Origin: Gnetum montanum | Taxonomy: Eukaryota > Plantae > Gnetophyta | Direction of reading: 5' to 3' | Assembly: GCA_015680685.1 (NCBI GenBank) | Contig: MNCI01001601.1 | Span: 393,049-457,048, forward strand | DNA length: 64,000 nucleotides | Shown here: positions 25,701-37,700 of the stretch, one piece after another | How the letters are laid out: every line of letters begins with the position of its first letter | Numbering within the stretch: the first letter of the stretch is position 1 | The notes under the pieces: model-generated | Database searches by the model: none | Told to the model about the DNA's origin: nothing | The model's input: the letters and a program-made list of their open reading frames with translations, nothing else | Position numbers and translations under genes: made by a program

Positions 25701-28700
25701 TTTGGAGGGTGACTTGTGGGGCAAGCCCTTGCACTCCCTAGAACAAAGGGGGGATAGCTTGGCTACGACACGTTTGAAGGAGGACTTGGGGGGTGAGGGA
25801 TGGATTCCTCCCCTGGTAGAGGCACTGATAAAGGTGGTGGCGTAGGTTCAAGAGGAGGAACGAGCGCTTTGGGAGGCCAAATGGCATCGTAGGGAAGAGG
25901 AGTTCCAATGGCAACTAGAACTATTGGAGAAACGATAGGCTGAGGCTACTGAGGAGAAGATCTATTGGGATTTGGCAGAGGTGGCAACTTTGCAGGCAAA
26001 CCTTAGGCAGTGTATCAAGGAGGAGTTGCTTGAAGAGGTGCGCATCCAAGAGGCATAGGAGGCATAGGAGAGGGGAGCGTAGGAACATTGGGCATAGGAA
26101 GAGTGGGAAGTGGCACAGATCCAGCAACAACTAGATCGGGTGCATGAAAACAATGTGAGGTCTTGGTTGCATGAGGGGCATTGCCCTTGTGTCATAATGA
26201 ACATGGGGCACAATGCACCCTGGGGGAGCACTGAGGAGACACATTAGGAGGGGAAATGAACTACATCCAGACGGTAAAGGGGATGCAGTAGAATGTGCGA
26301 GGAAAGCAAAGGCATTCAAGGATTTTAGCAAGCCGTGACGTTCATCGACACTGAACGACATAGGGTTGTTTTAAATGTCATCCATGGCCAAGAGCAGAAC
26401 ATTTGCTGCTGCACGTGGCTACCTTATCATTTATAGAAGGCTTGGGGTTTTGGGATTTGCTAGTTTTTGGCTTTTGTCTTTGTCTTTGGTTTGAATTTGA
26501 CATGGTTGGCATGGTTTGGAGGGCTTGGGGGATGATGGGCCAACTCAATTTTGTATTGGGGGGGACAACAGGGGGAAAACAAAAATGGAACCCCTCTGTA
26601 TTTTGATGTATTTGACATAGTGGGAACCAATTGGGGGTAGAGGGGAGAAGCCTCCCCTCATTCTTGGGAATGTATAAACTTCTTGTAAATTTGCTTTCTG
26701 ATTAATATAACCCAAATTTTTTCCAAAAGAAAAAGCTACACCACAGTAGAACTTGTAATGTGTAACATCCCTTTGTAGAACCATTGTATAGCTGTTATCT
26801 TGTTATGCATATGTGGAGAGGAGTCCAGGGTTTGGGTTTCGCTAGTTAGTGGTTTTGTTTTGAGCATATAATACTTCAAATTGTTATAATGATATAGCAT
26901 ATATGATCTCAATGTTCCATTAATATTATTATTAAGCCATGATTACATTGGGATGTGTTAGGTAGGTGTTGTGACTAACAAGGGTGGAGGACTAGGGAAA
27001 TAGAGAGCAACAACTTGGTAGGGTTTATGATTTACATACACCATATTTCTAGCATGTGTGAGTGTTATGATTATACTTTGTGATGCCTGGGGAGTTACTT
27101 GGCCTTTGGTTGGATTGTACTCATGGTCTGTTTATTTTGGGTTTGATTGGTTTATGGATAGAAGTCTTATGTATGAGTTGTGGGTAGCGGACCCTTGGGA
27201 AAATTAGTTGGACAAAATATTTTGGAAATTGACTTATAAAAATAACCGCAATGAAATAAAGCAGTTTATATTTTATATGTATTACATATTCTCCATCATC
27301 ATGATTATCATCCTAGCCCTATCCCATCAAAATGGGGTCAACTAATATATATTACATATGATATTTACAAATAAGGTAGAATCTTGTTTCTTCCATGCTC
27401 GTGTTGATAAGGATCCACCACCAGAAAACTTGACACTCTTTCTTTCATTGCTATGGAAGCATTTCCTTATGATTTATGGAACTCCCAGGATCATTTAACA
27501 GCTAGTTTAAAGTCAGATGTTGTTCTTGGAGCGTAGGATTGGGTATTGGAAAGACTGGAACTGAGTCTTGTTGGTGTTGTTGTCTGGTTTCCTTTACCTT
27601 TTCTGTATATCTCTTGTACTAGGATGTGTGTGGGGTTATGTACAAGGGCAATGGAAAGTGTAGTATACCAGATAGTTTCAATATCAGTTTGTTGGCTTGT
27701 CAAGTCTATGTAATGCACATAATGGATGCTATGTTCTTGTATTAGTCTGGTTTCGTTGTGGATGTTAGTTTGTTGGCTTGCCGAGTTTATGCAATGCATG
27801 TCATGGGTGCTGTGTTTCCGTAGTAGTCTAGTAATGTTGTTTGAATAATGTGGTTGATACTGGTGTTTCCTAAGTCTGGTTCACGTGCCTTGTTTGTGTG
27901 TATAGCATGTTTTGGGTGTTCCCAAATGAAGGGAAAAATTCATAGGATGTCAAGTTCGTGGTTATGGGTGAGTTTGGAAGTTTTTTGTTGCACCTGATGG
28001 AAATGTTTTGGTAGGCCAGACATTTCAGCCTTAGAGTTGAGCTCAATAGGGTACTTTCCTGACATCTCTAGAAGTAACATATTTGTACACCAAAGGCTCC
28101 AATTTTCCTCCAAGTTGTCCTGAAAGCCCAAAAGCCTTGGAATTTGTACTTTAAGTTAAGAATATAATGTTTAATCACACTGGACCTGTCCATTAAAAAT
28201 AAGCAGTCAGTCTTGGAGATTATAAATGACAAATTTGTGGGTTTCCAAGGTGAATCTATGACAGTTGGAATGCTTGGGGTGAGTAAATGGGTTCATTTTA
28301 TGGTTGGATATGATGATGTCTCGTATAGTATGGTTTTGGATTATAGACCTCAGATTTATATTAATATGAGGGATGGGGCAGACCTTGATCTACATCTACA
28401 GAAAATGTAAGTTTGGGTATGTAAAATTGTGGAATATAAAATGTGGGATGATGAATCTAGAACGCCCACCAGTTAGGTGTATGTTTGCTTGTGGTATGCT
28501 CAAACCACGACAAAGGGTCTTGAAGCATTGGTTGCAATGATCACTATTGTGTTATATATGTGTATTGTAATGTATAGGTGCAGGGTGCTGTTTGAATGCA
28601 TGTGCTATCAAGGCATAAGCTAGCATGGAATTGAGTTCTGGTGTCAATCGACTTTCCAACTACACATGTAGCACTGGTTGCTTGTGGTCGGACAACAGGT

Positions 28701-31700
28701 AAGGATAGCATGAGTTGTGTGAACCGATTGGTGATGGGGTACCTTGGAGGTAGTTATGGATTGACCTACATTATGATGCATCAGTGAAACTCCTGTCTCA
28801 GGCCTCATCTTGAAAGTCGGAAGTGTAGGTGTGTTCATCCCTACGACTAGTACATGGCATAGGTGTGCTCTTCCCTATGACCAACCCTCCAAAAGGCTAG
28901 CAATTGTGGGCCACAGGTTGATAGACCCTAGCATTAGCTAGATTAATAAAAGATTAATAAAGGCTAGCATGGAATTGAGTTTTGGTGTTATTTGACTTTG
29001 CAACAACACATGTAGCACTAGTTGCTTGTGGTTGGCCAATGAGTGGGGCTAGCATGAGGTGTGTGGACTGATTGGTAATAAAGTACCCTAGAGGTAGGTA
29101 TGGACTGACTTCCATTATGATGCATTAGCAAGACTCCCATATGAGGCCTTATCTAGAAGTGAGAGAGTGTAGGTGAGTTCATCGCTACAGCTAGTATGTG
29201 GCACGGGTATGCTCTTACCTAAGACCAACCCTCCAAAAGGTTAGCAATTGTGGGCCATAGGTTGATGGACCCAAGTACCGGTTGTATAAATAAAAGATTA
29301 ATAAAAGACTTGCATGCTTTTGATTATGAGTACTCATGATAACCAATACGCATTCTACACTAAGCATGAACACGCTAGCTGCCACATGGGATGTGTGTGC
29401 ATGTTATGATGTTCAAGTCTATTTTTGGTAGTGTGTATGTGTGCGTTTGTGTATGTATGGTTGTGTTGGTATGGATGTGCATTGCAATGATTGCTAATTG
29501 TCCTAAGTCAATATTTGATTGGGGGTTAGTTGTCAATTGTTTATGTAGGAGGGGGAGGTGATGACTATATGTGTTGTGATGTTGTGTGTTTATGCCTAAC
29601 TGACCTTTGATGTAGGATGCCCTATTTCCCCATTCCTCTCCTCTAGTTCAATACCTGTCAACCATTCCGTAGGGGAAGAGTAAAAGCTATCTGCTTATTT
29701 TATACTGACTATGTTTTATCAAGTAACAGAGCCAGAGGTGTCAGGAAGCTTCAGGGCTGATGGAGAGGATGGTGCTTAAACTCTTATGTACGTATATTTT
29801 TGTACTTGTTACCCATGAAATGGATGTGGATGTGGAGGCTTTGGCTTTGATGTATTCAGCAGTTCAATGAAATGATGACACTTGTTAGCATGATGTATGA
29901 GGTAAGTGACATTATGTTGATTTATGTTTGTACCCATTCGTTTGTAATAGATTGAATAGTGAAGCCATGTGATGATTACTTGCTGGTTGGGTGTAGCAAG
30001 CATGATCTAACATTTATTTTCTTTTAATCCATGCTTCTTCCTTCTGCTGTATTGTGATCAATTCTGCATACTGTTATACATCTTGCTCCGATCATTAGCA
30101 GATTCTAGGCATAACACCATCAAAGTCCAGGGGTGCCAAGAGGGGTGTTACATAATGCCTATATTTAGTATTAAAAGAACTTATTCTAAAGGAACTACTA
30201 CGATTGTATGAAGTGCAACATGAAAAACTGAGAGTTGTCATGGTCACATGTTTTAAATATAGGCCTAATTATTCATTAGAAGACTAATGTTGTATAAGGG
30301 GAAATGAATGATTATTTGGCCTTTTCTTTTTCTTTGAACTATAGTTTGTACATGGAAAGGACTACAACAAAAATGCAAAGTAACATGCATCTTCCAACCA
30401 AGCTTAACCACCACACGTTAGAAATAGTGTGAATGTGTGGACTCCAACTCCTCCATGACTTTCTTCCATGCATGTTGAAGAGAGTAGAGTTAATGGCAGT
30501 CTTTAATTCTATGTTGAGTCTTTGCTTTCATGTATTAGGAGCTATAAGTGTTGTTTGTTTTGTGAAAAGGGTCTTAGAAGGCTAGCTTGAGAGCAAAAGT
30601 TCAAAAAGAAAAGACAGAACCAAAAGCCTTTATGAGAGGCCCATGCTAAAAGAGGTAAGATCCTCCACTAAAAAGTAAAAATACGGGGGTACCCCTTTCT
30701 TTGTAAGATGCCAAGCTTGAAGATGGAAAGTCATTTGAGTGAGAATTAAGAGGTTTTGTCATGTTTATGTGTATTTGTGCATGTGGCACATATTTAAAGA
30801 ATTGGAGAAGTGTTTGATGTTTTCCTTGTAACTCAAGCCTCCCATAACATATTTAAAGGCTAGATATGATGTTTTGAGTCTTGCATATGAGGTCAAAGTT
30901 GTCAAATTTGCTCAGTTATCTTCCGAAATTCATGATTCTGCCATTGTGTATTTTCCTACAAAACCACGACCTCACCATGACTTGTGGTAAGACCCTTTTC
31001 TGAATTTGTAAAGATCATGACTTATAGTCCACTCATGGTCTGTTTTTCGATGTCATCATGACCTGCAGTGCACTGTTTAAAGTACAAGGAGTATAAGGAG
31101 GGTCAAAACGACCACCATGACCTGACCACAACCTATGGTCAACTCGTAGTTTGCTTAGTAATCATTTTTTCTTTATTTCTATAGGACCACAACCCATGGT
31201 AGGATACCATGAGCTAGCAATGAACTGACCATGACTCAAGGCTAGAGATCACAACCCAGCCTCCAGTTGTGGTCACCAAAATTGTCAAATTGGAAGCTGA
31301 AATTTCAGAAACAAGTAGATGACAGGAACCTTATTCAGCTATGCAACCCTAACACCAATGATTAAAAAGTTCGTAGAATAATTCTTTCTTCTTCACGAAA
31401 AGATTGAAAAATTTTAAAAGTTTGCAAACATTCAAGAAAAAGTTGGCAGAAAAAGTTTGCATGTTTAAAAATGCAATATTTTGGAGGTTTCATATTGCAC
31501 ATCATATAAATATGCATAATAAACAAAGTCACTGTGCGGTTTTTCGGGATAACGCGACGCTTTGGCGGCTTGTGACCCAGTGCGGCTGGTCTGAGCCGTT
31601 GCAGAGGCTGGTGGGGGACCCTGACCTGGCGGATGACGCATTCTTTTCCAATTGGGTCAACGACCGCACGCTCTTTCGAGGCCGTGAAATCTGGGTCACC

Positions 31701-34700
31701 GAATCCTCGATTGCCAGCTGTCTGGGGACCCCGATCGCTGGAGAGGTCCTCTTACCCTCTACCCGGGGTTTAGAGGACGCGGAGTTGTTTTTTCCTGGGC
31801 CCTCCCCTCGGACTCAGAGTCGCCAGGTTCCCAGGTCCGCTTTACCGCGCATTTGGGCCNAATCTAAAGATAGAAACTAAAATGACCTTCCCTATGAAAG
31901 TAGGGAAAGTCTATGATACATATGGGGATTACTTAGTTGATAAATTTATTCAACAATATTCAGAAAGTGAAAATGTTGAATGACTAGAGGAGAAGAACTA
32001 TTGTAACCATCTATAAGAATAAGGAAGAAATACAGAAATACAAAACTGTGGGAACTGTAGAGGCATCAAGCTTATGAGTTACACCACAAAGTTATGGAAA
32101 AGGGTTATAGAACAATGCTTAAAGCAAGAAAAGACTGTTTCCGAGCATCAATTTGGTTTTATGCCTAGAAGATCAACTATGGAAGCTATCTTCTTGCTAC
32201 AATAGTTGATAGAGAAATTTAGGTGTAAGAAGAGGAATCTACATATGATTTTCACTGATTTAGAGAAAGTTTATGAAAAAGGTTCCTTGAAATATTATTT
32301 GATGCATATTAAAGAGGAAGGATATCCCTTTTAGATACATAAAGGCTATTCAACACATATATAATGGAGTAACAGCTTGAGTTCACACTATTTGTGGAGA
32401 GATTTTAGACTTTCTTGTGAAGGTAAGGTTACACCAAAGATTTTCTCATAGCCCTTATTTGTTTTCCATTATTATAGATGAGCTAACAAAAGCTATTCAA
32501 GATAATATCCCTTGGTGTATGCTCTTTGTTGATGATATTTTGTTCAGGGATAAATCTAAGGAAATCCTAGCTACAGAAATGGAGACTTAGAGAAAAACCC
32601 TAGAATCAATGGGGTAGAGAACTATTCGAAGTGAAGCATAATACATGGAGTACAGTTTTTGTGGGAAGGCAAGTAATGAAGATACAAAGATAGGATCCAA
32701 AAGTAAGAAGTTACTCAATGTAAGCAATTTAGATATTTGGGATCTCTTATTCAAACGGATGGAGAGATTAACAACAAGGTGACAATAAAATTAAAGTAGG
32801 ATAGAAGAAATGGTAGGAAGCTAGAAGTGTGCTTTCTGATAGAAGAATCCCTGCTAGGTTGAAGGGTAAGTTCTACAAAATTGCTATTACACCTATCATC
32901 CTTTATAGTGTGGAATGTTGGCCTATCAAAACGCATCAAGCTCAATGCATGTATGTAGCAAAGATGTGTATTCTTAGGTGGACATTGGATATGACTAGGA
33001 AAAATTGAATCAACTCTCTTATTAAGATAAGTTTGGGAATAGCAACCATAGATGAGAAGATTAAAGAAATCTGACTTAGATGGTTTTGTAAAGTACTAAA
33101 AAGACTAGAGAATGCTCCTGTTAGAAGAGATTGCTTTACTAAAGTAAACAAGCTTATGTAAAAGGTTGGCTTTTCTTGTTGCTATCCATTTTCTTTCAGA
33201 GTTGAACCAAGCAGAACATAATCTTCATAAGCCTGGACAGAAAATTGGTTGCATTTGAACTTGAGATTCAATAGCTGTACAAAACTGCTTCTAGTCAAAA
33301 TGATGTTGCTAAATTTAAGCCATTCATTAAATGGTATTTTTGTTACATGTTTTTGAGCTCAAATGTAGCGCAGTGCTGTCCAAAATTGTCCAGTATATTG
33401 AAACTTAGACCTTTTAAGTATGTAATGTAACCAATCGCCATAATTCACCATGCATCCTTAATAATTGGGGTGTCAAGATTCAGTTGATTAGGAGACAGAA
33501 ATCTATGTAATACTGCATAACAAAAACCCAATATTACAGATACAAATGCTAGCAGCGTTGAGGCATAACATAAAATCTATTAATACAGTGTCGAATTTTA
33601 TTCAAACTAAAAAATGGGAAATTTATCAATAACAAAAAATTGGAATGTAACTGGAGTTATACCTCTGTTTTAAGATTAGTTCCATAAATACAAATAATGT
33701 TCTTTATAGGAGGGCGATGCCATGGAGTAAGTGGATTCACCACAGGATCATTGTGATAGAACCTGATTAATGGAGGGAGAAACAACAAACTGTAAGACAT
33801 TTAAAGTCAGAAGCATTGCCTTTCAATAATGTCTTTATGTGCAGATTATCTAAAGGTTCATTATACTCAATTATCATAATTTTGTGTTAGATATTTGAGA
33901 TCATTGCATGAATGTTATTCAGTGATGGATTATTTGATAAGAAGGAAATTTGTTATTCAGTAATGAACAAAATGAGACTTACAAAAACTTTAAGATAACT
34001 CACAAGAAAAAAAAAATAGAAAAAGATCAATCACTGAAACTGAAACTGGTTTTCTTACTGATCTCTTGAACAGGTTTAGTTTTAGCCATTATCATCTGTA
34101 CAATGTCTGCATACCTTGGCATAACATATTAGGACAAACATATGTGACTAGTAGGATGCAAGTTGCAAGCCTCAACCAATGAGTTATGCTAATGAATGTA
34201 TAGCACAACTGATAAGCCTGTTGCTTTACATATAACAAATTCCAAGTTTGAGTTATGCTTGCTTGTGGCACTGTCATATTCTATTTAAGTTTTACCAAAT
34301 TATCATGTTGATTGTACAGCCTAGGGTATATATAATCGAAGTTTTAGCTCTAAATATCTCTTCCCCTTTGAACTAGCAAATTACACATCATTAAAGGATC
34401 ATCACCCGAAACAATGTCCATCCAGCCAAGCAGAGTCCTATGAGGGTGGTTGGGTAAGCAAAAGCCTAACCTCCTTGAGTGGCTATGCCCAAGCTCAAAC
34501 CCGTGTCTTTGACTTGAGAAACAAACCTCTGACCATCACTCCACATGACAATTCCTAGCAAATTACACCTCATTGATACTACAAAATTGTTAAACAAACT
34601 TATTAACAAAATAAATTTGAAGTATAACCAAAATTGTCTTGGGATCTTAGAGATCAGCCAATAGACATAATTAAAGGACCATTAAACTATCAAAAAACAG

Positions 34701-37700
34701 TGCTCTATGGTGATAATAAATATAATGAAATAATCTTTTAAAGGGGCCAATCCATTCCTAATTTTGTGCATAGAAATTATGATCTCATAAGATTCAAAGA
34801 CCTGGGTAGTCAACTTCAATATTATATTTCACATTCTCTTTCCAAATGTTTACCACTAATGACCACTCTATCTAAATTGTTTTCATTCCAAAGTGCTCCA
34901 AATTTTATTAATACTATATTGCACCAATCCAAGTGTATACTGTTGCAAGATCTTCTAGAGATTTGGGCTAAAAAGGTTGCTTTGTAGCTGTTCAATTTTT
35001 CTTCTTAGTAAGAGTAATTTTAGGGCAGTGTATAAAGAAATTATTGTCATCCTAATAAGCATTCTTTAATCATCATGGGTGCTGACTTTCCTAGAAGACC
35101 CATATTAAAATAATATCAACATTTCTAAGTTTAGTTTGAATACTATCAAGTACTTTGATTAACAACCCTTCCTTCAATGTCTCTAAAGATAAAAATTTGA
35201 TATCTAAAATAATTCAATGGCAATTCTATTACTTTCTCATTGCTCACAATTATTTCTCCCACTTCATTAATCACTCTAGTAATATTATTATGAATACAAT
35301 GCTTATACGCTACTATATGAAAAATTTACAATTAGCAACATCATTATCATAATCCTAACCTTGTCCCAACAATATGAGATCAGTTACATCATTGTCACTG
35401 TAATTAATAAGCCAATGATCTGGAGCAATTCTTGTGAAGTTTCCACCTTGAATTTCACTTTGCCATCAATCAACAAAATCATCACAGCCGCAAACCAAGT
35501 TTTTCTAAAAAAATGCCATCATTAAACAAAAAAATCCGTCTAGTTTAAAACATCACATACCATCAGAACATGCCTACATGAATGTCTAATGCAATGTGAA
35601 ATTATATCTCTATGATGCATAATAGAGTTGGCCTTGCAAAATACATTCTTTTGTATGAAGTATTTCACTAATGAGAATCCAAAGTTAATAATAAATGAAA
35701 ATACAAAATTAATAAAAGATGAAAATCTTATACTGTGAGTTGTTTCCTATTAGTAAAACCCAAACATGTTATATCAGTCCACAAACCAACTGAATCCATG
35801 AAATAAAAATTTGTTATAAATGCAGCATATGCGAACCCTAATTCATTCATCAACTTGAGATGCAAATTTCTGGCAAAACTAGGACTCCTTTTGCACACAA
35901 CTAAGAAAGCAAATTTCTACAAATTCTTGGACAGAAGACGTAAGATCGGTTACAATGGCTGGCACAACCTCCTCATGCACCACAGATGAACAGAAAATTA
36001 AGAAGGATTTGAGTGACAAAAAGAGGCGAATCAATTTTCAAATTATTATTGGTGGGAAAGAAGGGTTTGAGGTTCTGCCCATCAAATTTGCAGATAAAAC
36101 AGGTACGAAATTTAGCACAGTTATTATGTATCACAATCCATATGCACTTACAATGTCTACAAGAACTAGGAGGCATCTTAGGCAACTAGGACTTTAAGGA
36201 TATATTGGCTCTGATGTGCCAAATGTTCCAATGAAGACATGAGAATGATTTTACAAACGTATAATGGAGAAAAAGTCCCAATTAACTTTCATGACAAGAT
36301 TTTTTTTCCTTTGTACTTGCGGAGGAAATGGTCAAACATGTATTTCATGACCATAGTGTTTGCTTCCCTGTTATTGATCCCTATGATGAAACAAGCACGA
36401 TTTTGTGAGTGCCTTTGCCAATGATGAGGTGTTTGCAAAAGCTCAGAATAATTGCAGGATCAACATGGATAATTTGAAGGATCTGTACAAAAGTATGGGT
36501 ATTATATATTCTGCTCTCTTGGACTGTTCTGATCACAAAAACTACACCTCGTGGCTTGCATTGAAGATGTTATTCCTCATGAATATGTCGAGTTTAGAAT
36601 GCAGCTAGGAAAGAACTGTCATTTGCAACTTCCATAGGAGTGTTACAAAGCCTTACGGTGGAACAAAGAAGAGATTTTGTTTCAACAATCTTCTTGCAGA
36701 AATCATGAAGTTTCTATGTGCTGTTGGCGTCCTTCATGAATCACGGTCCTGTCCTCCAATTGACGTACTTATAAGTAGTGCCAAAGTTATTAATTCGGAC
36801 ACTCTGGAGGAAATAACGATTGCATCTGTATCCATGAGGAAGGAGAGAGTACTAATACACAGACTTTTGTGGTTTAGGAAGAGAACCTATGAAGAATTCT
36901 ATGAGGCTGCCACCAAAATAAAAAGGGTGAAATTTCAAGATGAGCTTTATTGACTTCATGAAATATTCAGGGCAAGAAATCAGCCAAGACAAACAAGTCA
37001 GCCACTGCCTATGACAAGTAGCCCTTATCTTCCCTCCAAATTATAATGAGAAAAGTCCTTGCTTAAGAATTCCGTGACATATATATGAAAGATAGTTCTG
37101 TCTTTGATAAAGATACATTGTTGTTTGATACGGAAAAAACAAAGTCATAAGTTTATACTTTGTTGTAATGTCTTTTTGGTCCATGCTTATAAAATGTTAG
37201 CAGTACAGAACTATCTATTCAAAATTAGGATCTCATATGCCAAACAAATTCATATTTGGCTTAAATTGTTTAAGGATTGGTATAGCCATTTGTGAAGGTG
37301 TCAAATACTTGCTGAGTAGGGGGAGAAATTTTTGAATAATCATGGTATAATGTGCAGGGGAACACATTTGTATATTGAATCAATGTTGCACTACGTAGGT
37401 ACATAAGTATTTGTGACCAAAAAAGTAGATGACCTACGGATGCAGTGGAGAAACTTTCATTGCTAGAACAAGAGATGCAACAACAAACTTACCAGTTGGC
37501 AAGGAAAGATAATTAGCTTTAAGGATTCCAGTGTCAGTTTTGTGCATTCACAAATAAAGTCACAACATGCAAAACAGACAATAGGGTAAAATTTGCAAAG
37601 TTAGATGCCCTGGAAGCACAATTGGAAGGCCAAGAAGTTTATATCTTGCAGTAATAGATGCAATATATCAGGAAATACTAGCAGAGTTTAAGAACAACAA

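Noticed and set aside
30940-31280. Repeated CCATGAC/ACCACAACC/GTGGTC motifs
   Set aside because: Irregular spacing with no constant repeat-spacer structure, so not CRISPR-like. Probably LTR-element repeats, but the boundaries could not be defined.
31404-31531. N-terminal part of ORF 31404-31880 as a fusion gene
   Set aside because: AT-rich flank with a non-ATG start that happens to be open. Homology to the L1 domain starts only at ~31532.
34750-35000. Possible hAT transposase scraps (PNL*KIL...KIWSTLE on minus; also HKFNPKWY near 53035)
   Set aside because: Too degenerate to call by eye, and no TIRs or 8-bp TSD were found.
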